A stretch of DNA of 64,000 bases, from NCBI GenBank assembly GCA_951406725.2, contig OX597821.1:21080001-21144000 (forward strand), given 5' to 3'. The notes under the pieces are model-generated. The model saw only the letters and a program-made list of their open reading frames with translations, made no database searches and had not been told where the DNA came from. Made by a program: the position numbers and the translations under genes. The first letter of the stretch is position 1; each line of letters starts with the position of its first letter. Source of the DNA: Octopus vulgaris (Eukaryota). Of this stretch, positions 51,294 through 64,000 are shown piece after piece.

Positions 51294-52139
51294 CGGTTAT
51301 GCATTTGTATTGCAAGATTCCTGATGTGAAATCGTCTGTTGAAACCTATATTGCTATATCTGGGGAAGGTCATTTTTTAAATATTTTTTCTTCACTCCTT
51401 TATTACTGTTCTTATTTTAACTCATGTCCATTGTCCAGAAATCATTCGTTACAAATCTGTGACCTCTTCAACGACACTTCGTGTCCGTGTGTCCGTTCTT
51501 ACTCCACTTATTCCATTCCGTTCTTCTAAGTTGTGTATCTTTACGTGCATATTGGTTTGTGTCCTTGTTTGTGTGTGTGTGTGTGTGCGTGTGTGTGTGT
51601 GTGTATATGTATGTGTGTGTGTGGGCACGTGTGAGTGCGTGCGTGTTTGTGTATGTGTGTATGCTTGTGTCGGACTGTTGATATAGTAACGAAACTGAAG
51701 CAATTATAAATCTTCTCCAAGCAGATTTACTCTGCGTGCTTTAGCTTCGTTACTCTAGCAACAGTCCGGATAATTTTTCATCAGACCTCGCAAATATATA
51801 TATATATATTACACGAACATGAAAGCCTCACATAGAGTACCCAGAATTTCCCGGCAAGACACGAGTATAAAGTTAGCTTAATTTTTAATTTAATGAACTA
51901 ACTCCAAGTTGAAAACATATTTCTGAAGAATATTTTATTTTATTTCATTTTTTTGCTTTTATTTTGTTACAGTTAATTAGAGAATGGGCAGTTTTTATTT
52001 AGACGTGTATAAATAAAGGGAAGAACAATTTCTTCATTTCATCGAAACCTTAATAGTATTATTACAAGAATGCTATTCTCTACATTACGATAAACATTTT
52101 TATAATTTGTTAACACACACACACAGAGTAAAGAGTAAA

Positions 52140-52485
52140 GAGTAAAGACTCACCTCGATCATGAAGGACCATACGATTGCTTCTAATAATTTCCCCTCCG
52201 CGGTAGTTACCCCACCCCTGCTAGGTTGTTTTAAGGAAGACCAGCAGTCACACATGCATGCAAGCCTTTCTTATCCAAACCACGATGTTATCCAAAGGAA
52301 AGTCAAATGACGATACTGTTTGGCACCAGTGAAGTAAACCAGCCATTTCTACATTTGAGTGAACTAGAGCAACGTGAAATAAAGTTTCTGGCCGAAGAAT
52401 ACAACACACTGTCCGGGCATGGAATCTAACTCACTATCCCATAGTAGTGAGCTCCAAGCTCTAATCACCGAGCTAAGCGCCTTCA
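52140..52485 (-). mobile_element. tRNA-derived SINE with (TTTACTC)n tail
   Basis: Head GAAGGCGCTTAGCTCGGTGATTAGAG..GAGTTAGATTCC. Confidence 0.75.
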
Positions 52486-52588
52486 CTATAAATATATATA
52501 TATATATAGATAGATAGATAGATAGATAGATAGAGGGAGAGAGAGAGAGATACATATATACAAACATACATATATATATATATATATA

Positions 52589-52644
<56 letters not shown>

Positions 52645-52647
<3 letters not shown>

Positions 52648-53864
52648 GGTGCATAAGCTGTTTGAGAATATATAATTTTTGGGGCACTGGTGCATTTTTT
52701 TGCTAACACTCTATAATCTTTGTTTCAGAAAATAATAATGCCAGACCATCAGCTTACTCTAGAAATGAAGTGGCATGCTCTTATTGTGGTTATAAAGGCT
52801 GAGCATAGTGATTTAGGAATACCTCGAATTTTAAAAGGTGCCAGATCTTCCGTCTACAGAGTTTTTAAGGAGTTAGAGACCTAAAATCACAAGTATCAAA
52901 GAATAAAACGCATTCTGAACGCTCTGAAATCATCAGAAGACATGAATTTATCCAGAAAGTTCAACACATATAGATTACAATCCCAGAAAGTTCATGTGGT
53001 CAATTGCAAAATATCTCCACGTATCAAAAGGAATAGTCAGATTTGTTGTCCATGAAGACATCAGATATATGTCTTGTATGACAGGGAAAGGTCAATTTGT
53101 ACGAAAAAGCAAAGGAAAATCACTACATCAGATCGTAAACAAAACAAACTGAAAACTCCAGAAGATGTGATTTGGGTTTTGTTAAACGAGAAAAACTTCG
53201 ACCAAGATCAAAAAGTTAGCAGAAGAAATGACAGATGGTTATATGCAAACCCTTCTGAAGTTCCAAGTGTTATGCATACAAAATTTCCTGCAACTGTCAT
53301 AGTTTGCGGGGTGGTCAGCAATGAAGGTCGTGTGATTCTTCCTTACTTCTTTCTATAACGTATTTGAGTTAACGCTGCTGCCTACAGTGAGGTGCCGGAA
53401 ATAATTGTTAAGTCCTGGATAGACATTGTATTCAAAGGAAAGCCATACGTGTTTCAGTAAGTCTCTGCACTATCACACATGGCCCTAGTAACATAGGAAT
53501 GGAGGGCTGAAATTTTTCATTATCACATAACCTCTAAGATTTGTCCTCCTAATTCTCCAGATCTCAATTCATTGGACTATTACATGTGGAGCGTTGTTGA
53601 GAGAGAGAGATGAATGAACACGCCAATAAGCCCAACGATTCTACTGAATCTGCCATAGTCCAAAATGAACCAGGCACACTTCATTCGAGCATATAGAATT
53701 AGATCTCATATAGAATCAGTTGTTGAAGTTGAATGTGGCTTTATTGAATAACATTATAGAAGAGAATGCTTATTATTATACTCGTAGCATTTCGGATAAA
53801 TGCTATTATTATATATATGTTTTTTATAAACACAGATCCGTCCTCAAATATCTTACGCACCCAG
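52645..53864 (+). mobile_element. Tc1/mariner superfamily (maT/DD37D-like) transposon, full-length pseudogene
   Basis: TA-flanked TIRs CAGGGTGCATAAG / CTTACGCACCCAG; NEKNF..RRNDRW, HTKFPATVIVCGVVSNEG, YVFQ, PPNSPDLNSLDYYMW. Confidence 0.88.
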
Positions 53865-53888
53865 TATGTATGTATGTATATAAATATA

Positions 53889-53953
<65 letters not shown>

Positions 53954-54499
53954 ACTTCGCTTCAGATATTTTGGACTACCAATTTTGATTTCGTAAGTAG
54001 CTACATAACCAATTTAGTTATAAATATGGAACCGGATAGCCTTAGCAAGCATATTTGAGAGCAACCTGGAAAACATCTGTCAGTTCCTTATATATCGGGT
54101 GTAATATTGGCAGAAGTAGCAAAATCTTTTAAAAATAACTGACTGAAATCGAAATTAAAATAATAACTATTCAACCTGTTTTTCTGTGCCTCCACAGAAC
54201 TGAATTAATGTAAAATTTTATCTTGAGGCATCTCTGTAGTATTTCCCTTCGTAAAATATCATTTTTGTCGAATTAATAAAACTTTCCAACGTAAAGTTCC
54301 GCGTTCACTGTCTTATGTCTATTCTACATTTTTTCAAAGCTTGAACATTTGCGTTGTCTACATACATACATACATACATACATATGCTATTTACAATTTA
54401 TATGTGTGTGTGTGTGCATACGTGTGTGTGTATGCATAAATACAATAGCATGCCTACTCACAATACATATACATGAATATATATCTATAAATACATACA

Positions 54500-54658
54500 G
54501 CAACCAACAACACGGTTCCAGGTTCAGTCCCACTGCGTGACATCTTGGGCAGGTGCCTTCTACTATAGCCTCCTGCCGACCAAGGCCTTCTGAGTGGATT
54601 TGGTAGACGGAAACTGAAAAGAAGCCCGTCGTATAAATGTATATATATATATATATAT

Positions 54659-54695
<37 letters not shown>

Positions 54696-54898
54696 TGTGT
54701 CTGTCTGTCCCCCCAACATCGGTTAACAACCGATGCTGGTGTGTTTACGTCCCCGTAACTTAGCGGATCGGCAAAAGAGACCGATAGAATAAGTACTAGG
54801 CTTACAAAGAATAAGTTCTGGGGTCGATTTGCTCGACTAAAGGCGGTGCTCCAGCTTGCCCGCAATCAAATGAGTGAAACAAGTAATAGAGTAAAAAC
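54500..54898 (+). mobile_element. SINE family C
   Basis: As 30571-31010, 5'-truncated. Confidence 0.85.
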
Positions 54899-54899
54899 A

Positions 54900-54950
<51 letters not shown>

Positions 54951-56226
54951 TACATACATAACCATATAAAATACAGTGTACATTTAAACACATTAAGAGG
55001 TTACCATCATAGGAATCCCTTACGCTAGAAGGAACACCTAAATTCCAAACCACTAATTAGGTATAAACTCTCCAAGGGAATCAAAAATGAAAGCATTTAC
55101 AATCTATTTACTGGACCATGATTTCTGACTTATTTTAACAAATAAAATAAAATAATTTGCTAGGCGAAGTCTTCCTCAACAGGTACGCCTAGATTAAACA
55201 TAATATACACAAGGCCAATCCAGCATGTGCCTTTTGCTTATGCATTTTAATGTATAATGATCCAGGAATAATATATTGTGTATTGACTAATTTTTCTTTA
55301 CGCTAGGCCACTGGTAGTAAAAATTTCTAAACTCTTTATTACCCTGATATTATTAATTATGTATGCATAATCATATGTAAATATACAAATAACTTTAGAG
55401 AGAGAGGGGGAGAAAAGGAAGGAAGAATTAGAGAATAGGAATAATAAATGTCTTTAAGGAAGTATACTTCATAGCAGGGTATGCTTCACTCAGTAATTTA
55501 TCAGAGAGACTGGCAATTTCCAAAGTTTCCTGTCGCACAACTGATTACTCCTCTTTATGCCCTTTCATAATTTGTATAGTGGTTCGTAAACGCACATAGA
55601 CATGTACATACAAACACATATGTATACATACAAACATGCATACACACATGCATATACACTCACATATGCTTGCATGCATCTGTACACACTAATATGATTA
55701 CAAGTCCAAGGATTTGAGCGAATGAACTGCAGTAATTTGTATCCTTGTAATGTATACAGCCCCATACGCGTGGAAGTCTGTGACTCTTCAAGTCTATCTC
55801 TGTGAGAGAGAGAGAGAGAGAATGAGAAAGAGAGAGAGAGAGTGAGAGATGAACATAAAAAAGAAGGCCCTTTGTATGTGTTTATATGACAAAAAGACAA
55901 GGAGGAATGAAAATGAGTAAAGGATTAATATATACGTATTTGACATACAAGTTATTCTAGAAAGTCGAACAGTTTCAAAGATGAAATAATGGAGAAGAAA
56001 TAAGGATGCCCATGAAACGAGGAAAGAAATGAATAAAGAGAAAACTTTATTGAATTAAGAAGCTATACAGATGTATCTGGGAGCATTACATTATAACTTA
56101 TGAACGTATTTAAGATACAGAAATGTTGGCGACAACAAAATGAAGAGAGAAGGGGAAATTCAGTTACATAGAAGTATGGAATATTTCATATGAAAATCTA
56201 CTTAAAACTAAACACACATACACACA

Positions 56227-56326
<100 letters not shown>

Positions 56327-56420
56327 TGTATGTATGAATTCAGAATTGAATTACATTTGATATAATATACTAGTATATACCTATGCATACGCCTGTATTT
56401 ATGTGTGCATCTAGTGTATG

Positions 56421-56472
<52 letters not shown>

Positions 56473-56535
56473 CTTATTTATTTGTATATATACTGTATTT
56501 ATAGTGAAGTACATGCATATACATTTGTGTGTGCG

Positions 56536-56596
<61 letters not shown>

Positions 56597-57721
56597 GTAT
56601 GTATGTATGCATGCATGCATCTATGTAAGTACATGTTTATCTATGTATTTATGTATGTATAAATCAATTCAAAATAGAGAAGAAAGAAATGAGGATGTGA
56701 GAAAAAGTGAGAAGGAAGTGCTTTCGAGAAGAGTGGGAATTATAAGTGCATGAAAAAAATTTATAGGATGACATATACGGAAATACGAAAATTTGCGAAA
56801 GATAAGAACAAAGAAAGACACAAGAAATAAATAAGAGTAACAGAGAACAAAAGTTAAATAAAGGCGAATAGAAAGAACGAAGAACAGAAGGAAGGAAAAC
56901 ATATAAAGAAAGAAAGTAAGAAAGAAATGAAATAGAGCGATGCATAATACGTCTGTCCAGTACTTATAGTCATAACATAAAAATCAAGTGACAAGACTAG
57001 TTTTTTTTTTAATTTTACAAAAAGAAATTTCCTTTTAATAAAGTACTTAAAATTTACATCGAATATGCCTTCAAATACTCTTAGCTTCTAGAAAGCATTT
57101 ATCTAAAAAAGAAAAGTTTACGAATAAGAAAGTAGAAATGTATATTTTTTAAAGAATATTCAAAGTATTTAAGAGGAATTCGAAATTCGAAGAATCTCTA
57201 AGAGATTTTGCTTTGAATGTATAAAATATATATAAGCTTATTTTTATATACATATATATATAATATTGCGACGCTGATATCTGTATTGCTTGTGCAATTT
57301 CAAATTTAGTTCATTTAGTTGATTATAATAAATTTCATTGCATTTACAATACCAATAGTACTTCTGAGCTATATTTGATATATGATCTAGAATGAAGAAA
57401 TAAAGCTTCAGATAATTCCACTACTGAATACAATATATATTTCCCATAACTTGATAAGTTTGTCTACAAACATGACATGATAGGAAAATAGGCTTGCCCT
57501 AAATACATAAATGAGTACAGGCTTTGTATATAACTCAACTTAAATAGATATGCGGTTAAATATATATGTACAGCGTCATCTTGCAAAAACAAATGAGTAT
57601 AACACATATTATTATAGGAATTATAGGAGCAATGAAACACTAAAGGAGACATATGTAGAAAGCTAAAACAGGAAAATAAAAAAAACAAACATGAAGAAAT
57701 CGTAACAAAATCGATCAAAAT

Positions 57722-57976
57722 ACATGCCCACGGGCATGTGGCGTAGTGGTTAAGAGCGCCGGCTACTAACCGCAATATTCCGAGTTCGATTCCAGGTAGT
57801 GACCTTAATAATAATAATAACAGCACCAAAAAAAAACCCTTAGGAATGAGAACCCACGTTCGAAATTTCCCCACGAAACCTGATGAAGGCTGGAGGGTAT
57901 ATCAGCTGAAACGTTGTGTTAACCACAAACAAGATTAGGACAAACATCCGTCAAATATAAATAATGTAAATAATGT
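57722..57976 (+). mobile_element. tRNA-headed SINE carrying a hammerhead ribozyme, 12-bp TSD
   Basis: A box TGGCGTAGTGG (57739), B box GTTCGATTCC (57784), hammerhead at 57875-57920, TSD ATCGATCAAAAT at 57710-57721 and 57977-57988. Confidence 0.85.
57875..57920 (+). ncRNA. Minimal type I hammerhead ribozyme
   Basis: GAAAC-CTGATGA-A-GGCTG-GAGGGTATAT-CAGCT-GAAAC-GTT-GTGTT; loopless palindromic stem III. Confidence 0.75.
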
Positions 57977-58829
57977 ATCGATCAAAATGTTACAATCCAT
58001 TACAATCGAGTACCCGCGTTACATGTAAATAAGTAACTCTATGAAGTTCTCTACGAAAACGAAGTCCTCAAAGATCCTAATAATAGGATGCTCAATAATC
58101 TGATGCGGACAGTATCAGACGTTGTGTCAGGGTAAATCGGTTTTGATTTTCAATGTAGTAGGATACAGTGTCAATTCCTGAATTCAAAATAAAAAGGAAA
58201 ATATTTGTTTGTTAATAAAGGAGGTAACAATTTTTGTTTCCAAATCACATGCGATGCACCGTAGGTGAGTGTCTTACACCTCCGAGACGACCAGTGATTT
58301 CTGAATGTATATGGCAGGCGGAAAGTGAAAGAAGTACATCGTATGTGTGTGTGTGTATGTGCGTGTGTTTGCTTGTGTTCGTGTTTGTGTTTCTTCCTCA
58401 AGCGCTCGCTAAACGGTATCCGTTTGATTATATTCTCGTACTCTTAGCGATTCCGCAGACAGACGTGACTGATACAATAAGTACCAAAGTCAAAATATGC
58501 CTACTGGGTCAATTTGTCGTCTGGAACCCTTCGAAGCAGGGCTCCAATATAGATGCAGTGCAATAACTGCAGCAAATTATCTCTTAAAAAATGAGAAAGA
58601 TACAAATCTCTTGGATAAAATCCTTTGACAGAAAGTATTACAGCTAATGCCGCCTCACACTTCAACACGCTTTATAAATGATACACAAACTGTTGTCAAG
58701 TGTGTCTCTTATAAAAATATCTAAATAGAAATTTTATATTATAATTCCATGTTAATTTATGTTCCAAGTACCACCTTATATAGACTGTTATATTAATAAT
58801 TATTTCATTATCTAATCGGCTGAATAAAT

Positions 58830-59010
58830 AGCACGCCAGACAAGATGCTTAGCGGCATTTCGTCCGTTTTTATGTTCTGAGTTCATATTCCGCTGAGGTC
58901 AGCTTTGCCTTTCGTTCTTTCGGGGTCGAAACAATAAGTATCAGTTGAGTACTGGTATCGATGTAATCGACTTACCTCGTGCCCTGAAATTACTGGCCTT
59001 GAGCCGAAAT
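58830..59010 (+). mobile_element. SINE family B
   Basis: ATGCTTAGCGGCATTTCGTCC..GAGTTCATATTCCGC..CTTTCGGGGTCGA. Confidence 0.8.
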
Positions 59011-59561
59011 TTAAAATCAATAATTACTGTATTATTTTCATTCTTATTCCAAAATAACTTTTCGAAAGTTATTTCTCGAAAAGTTATCCGTGGAATAAAT
59101 CTAGTATCTTTCGGTTCAAAAAAAGTATAGTGACAAAAGTATTAAAATGTTAAAATGTGTTTTCTACGATGCGTCAATGTGTTTGTATTGTAATCCGTAA
59201 CAGTTTTTATGCCTCATCAAACTGATTTATTTTACTGCAGAAAAGGAAATTTTTACTATACTTATCAACGTTTTAATGAGAATCTTTATATAAAAATTAC
59301 CGGTATAAATGTTCTCTAGTTAGTTTGCTGATTTCTCTAGTCAAGCTTTACGTTGTATAGAGAAGGGTAGGGAGGGAAAGAGAGAAAGTAAAATAAAAAC
59401 GAAAGAAGATAATATAAGAGATGCAGCCACAGTGTACGTTCTAGGTTGACTAAAGTAACGCTACACAGACCGTTAGAGAAAATGATTGCAGAGGAAAAGG
59501 AACAGATTGGGCAAATGACAGAGGAGTTACGGGAGGAGTAATGCAATTTTCAAATTTCTTT

Positions 59562-59959
<398 letters not shown>

Positions 59960-60499
59960 CTATATATTTTCCTTTCGAACATTTTTCTTCATTTCATCTA
60001 TAACTGTGTTATAAGAAGTTATTTTTCTTAGTGACAGGTAAGAGTCGAATTTACAGGCCTCAGTACTTCACTAGTATTTTCTTTTATCCGCTCTGGAGGG
60101 ATAAAAGTGAAAGTTGTACTCTGTGGGATTCGAAATTTGGACGCAAACTGGTGAAACAATGAAAAGTAAGCCTCTTTTCCTCCAACGATCAAACGAATGT
60201 GCCAATATATCTCCCTACCAATAGCAAAAATAAATAAATAAATAACATTTTTCATAATAGGCAGAAGGTTTATAATTGATGTGGAGGCAACTAGAAGAAT
60301 ACCTTGAGCCCAGAGGTCAGTTTGTACTTCATTTATCGACCTCCAAAAGGATGACAGACAAAGTCGTCTTCCGTGGCATTGGTACTCAGGAACGACAAAA
60401 ACTAATGGTTAATGACAAAGGTATAAGACCATCAATTTTGCGAGAAGCGGGGTTCTCGACCTTAGGACTTAAGTAGCATTTTAGTTTATCAATTTTACA

Positions 60500-60655
60500 T
60501 GAACCTCGATGAAATTAATTTCCAGAGTGTAAAGATCTCCAGGGCATTTTCCAGTCTTGTTTGTGATTCTAAATTCACCACCCGACGTATAACATAAAGG
60601 ATATACAAGATTAGAATGCCTGCTGGTTAGCAGTGACATATCAAAACTATTCACC
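60500..60655 (-). other. Candidate decayed exon
   Basis: Acceptor ATTTTTTCAG|; open frame VNSFDMSLLTSRHSNLVYPLCYTSGGEFRITNKTGKCPGDLYTLEINFIE; no strong donor. Confidence 0.3.
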
Positions 60656-61544
60656 CTGAAAAAATATCTCATCTTTTACTACTAGGATCAACAAAACAGA
60701 AAAAAAATCGCATGGATTCATAAGCTGCAAGCCCCCATAACCAATATTATTTTCCGTTCACAAATACATAACAAACACTATAAATAAATGGGATTTAGTG
60801 TTTGATTTATAAAACGTGTTTCATAACTATGTCAATACAATTACGATCAAGATTGTGGAAATATGAAATTTTATAAAAGAAATGTGAAAAAACAACGTAT
60901 ACAGAAAATAATCTCAAAAGACAGCTGGCGAAATATCAACAAAAATCGTTAAAATTTGTCGCAATCAAACATTTGCACACGTCACTTAATTGAGTGGTTC
61001 TACGTTTTTGTTGGAAGATGTTAAATGACTTTGTAAAGGTGGAATTAGGACCAATTTGGTGCCACTTAAAAATATCAGCGTATTATCTCACCAAGTTTGG
61101 ATAAAAGAGATAAATTTAGGCAAAAGGCGGAGAAAAATAATACAAAATAGAAACATGGTAACTACTTTAGTTCATTAAAGCATAACTCACGTGGATGTGC
61201 TTCGTTTCGTATGTTTTCAAAGATGTCGTATCTACGTACGAGTAAGACACACACAAATACACATATGCTTACACCATTATACAATAAATCTAAAGAGAAA
61301 ACGTATACATACGAACACACACGAACATACTTACATACATAATGTCTATATGCCTATATGCTCATATATAATTACTAAAACAAAAAACTTGAATAGGTAA
61401 AAGTATATGTATGCGTCAATGTATGTTTGCTTAATGCATATTTGTATTATGCCCGTGTGTGTGTATAAATATATATATATGAGTGTGTGGGTGTATGTAC
61501 ATGTATGTTCCTATATGCATATATATATATATATATATATTTAT

Positions 61545-61587
<43 letters not shown>

Positions 61588-61613
61588 ATATATATATATG
61601 TGTGTGTGTGCGT

Positions 61614-61907
<294 letters not shown>

Positions 61908-62580
61908 TAAATATATATATATATATATATATATGTAGGAACATACATGCACATACAACCACACACACATACACATACACGCATATGTGTATATATATAT
62001 ATATATACATCTACGCATGTATATATGTACACACATTCAAACATAAATACCTACACGCATCACTCATTCATTCTCTCTCTCACTCTAAGTCTCTCTCTCT
62101 CTCTCTCTGTGCGTGTGTGTGTGTGTGTGTGTGTGTATCAGTCTGTCTGTCTGTGTCGAGCATGTTTATAGGCATATATGAATTCCACGAATATACATAC
62201 ATCCAAATATATAGAAATAAGTAAAATAAGTAAATGGATCTTCGGTCGATTTCGAAGAAGAGTGAATATTCCTGTTATCAATCAATAGAACCGATGACTC
62301 ATTGAATTACTATAGAAATGAAAGTGGATATATGTATGCTTCTAAATGCATGCTACTATGTGTATCTGTTAGTATGTGAGTGTTTTCGTGGTGTTTTGAC
62401 GTAGATGAATATGTGTGTGCATGTGGGATAGTGTGTGTAATATTTATAATCCTAGAGATTAACAAGCATGCATACGCGTGTACTTATACAACCAGTCTCT
62501 CACAATCGTAGAGATAAAGATTGAATGCACAAAAAATATACAAATGTACGCACCTAAATATATGTAGTTCCTTCTGATAA

Positions 62581-62611
<31 letters not shown>

Positions 62612-62741
62612 GTGTGTGTTTGCGTGAGTATACGTATACACACACACACACATATATATATATATACATACATACATATATATATATGCATATATGCATA
62701 TACGTATATATATATACACACACATATATATATACATATAT

Positions 62742-62806
<65 letters not shown>

Positions 62807-62929
62807 TAGATAGATAGATATACACACACAGATATACATATATATACGTATATACATATATATATATATATATATATTATATACATGTATGATTGTATGT
62901 ATATATGTATATAAAGACAGGCAGACAGA

Positions 62930-62960
62930 CAGATAGATTGATAGATTGATATATATATAT

Positions 62961-63026
<66 letters not shown>

Positions 63027-63034
63027 GGCTAGAC

Positions 63035-63096
<62 letters not shown>

Positions 63097-63129
63097 GTAG
63101 GTATGTAGGTAGGTAGGTAGGTAGGTAGG

Positions 63130-63203
<74 letters not shown>

Positions 63204-63216
63204 GATAGATAGATAG
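62930..63216. repeat. (GATA)n/(GGTA)n microsatellite
   Basis: Direct reading; one of dozens of TA, CA, GA, GATA and CATA tracts in the window. Confidence 0.95.
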
Positions 63217-63672
63217 ATGACTGAGTGTACTTTTTATTCTGCTATATCTGCGAATATATATTCATACGTTCCTATATTTATTCGCAAACACACACACAGG
63301 CACAAACACAAACACACACACAGGCAAACACATTTACACACATATATGCACACCCATACACATATACATCCACATGAAACAAACATGCAACAGAAACGCA
63401 GACACTCGGAAACACGCACGCCGCACATGCGTAAACGCAAGTATACAAGCATGCAATTCGCAACACATGCCAGTTATCCACGTAGCCCTAGTCCTCATCG
63501 GGCTGATTAGACTGTTCAATAACGCAACAGCGTAGTTCCGTCCAATTAGTGAGAACATGTCCTCGGCTCCACCAACAAAACTGTAGTTAATGTCGAAGGA
63601 ATGTTTCCCTGTATCCTGCCTCCTTTAATGACAATCAATGCAATGAAACATACGCACATCAACCGAAAACAC

Positions 63673-63707
<35 letters not shown>

Positions 63708-63833
63708 CACGCATACACTGAAAAACATTGACGAATGCATAGACATATACACACGCGAAAACGTACGTATTCATATTTATTTTTTCGCACAGAGAAACAT
63801 ATGATTGCACTTATAAGAGGATCTCTCTATCTC

Positions 63834-63902
<69 letters not shown>

Positions 63903-64000
63903 ATCTTTTCCCCTTTTTCTTCTTTTTTCATTTCTCTTTTCTTTTGTTCCTTTCCCTTTCTTTTTTTTTCTTTTATTCTTTTTATTTTTTATTCTATTTT

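Noticed and set aside
57732-57805. tRNA gene
   Set aside because: The acceptor stem pairs poorly and the sequence lies inside a TSD-bounded repeat, so it is a SINE head; the same applies to the other tRNA-like heads.
63440-63660. Unique patch with a small hairpin (AGCCC..GGGCT) and a CCAAT motif
   Set aside because: No splice signal, ORF or complete RNA motif to support a call.

Overview
Eukaryotic, AT-rich window with very dense microsatellites. The SINE families and repeat landscape resemble a coleoid cephalopod (octopus-like) genome; this is inferred, not shown. No intact host gene is visible, and most ORFs in the supplied track are microsatellite artefacts. Four components can be supported. 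(1) Transposable elements: two large Penelope-like retroelements (a degenerate Neptune-type copy at 11.2-15.5 kb with an inverted 3' copy, and a near-intact Naiad-type copy at 38.4-44.6 kb with direct pseudo-LTRs), plus Tx1/L1, RTE, CR1 and R4/Dong LINE remnants, Helitrons, Tc1/mariner remnants, MITEs and many tRNA-derived SINEs. (2) About ten hammerhead-ribozyme motifs, several with greatly extended stem II. Many lie in short non-coding fold-back elements inserted in (TA)n tracts, and in at least two the inversion point falls within 3-4 nt of the predicted cleavage site. (3) A tRNA-headed, hammerhead-bearing SINE with a 12-bp target-site duplication at 57.7 kb and a fold-back sibling at 36.7 kb. 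(4) A minus-strand array of at least seven decayed paralogous exons (0.4-35.4 kb) whose shared reading frame resembles an atypical galectin-like domain, with two further candidate exons at 50.7 and 60.5 kb. All alignments, folds and family assignments were made by eye.
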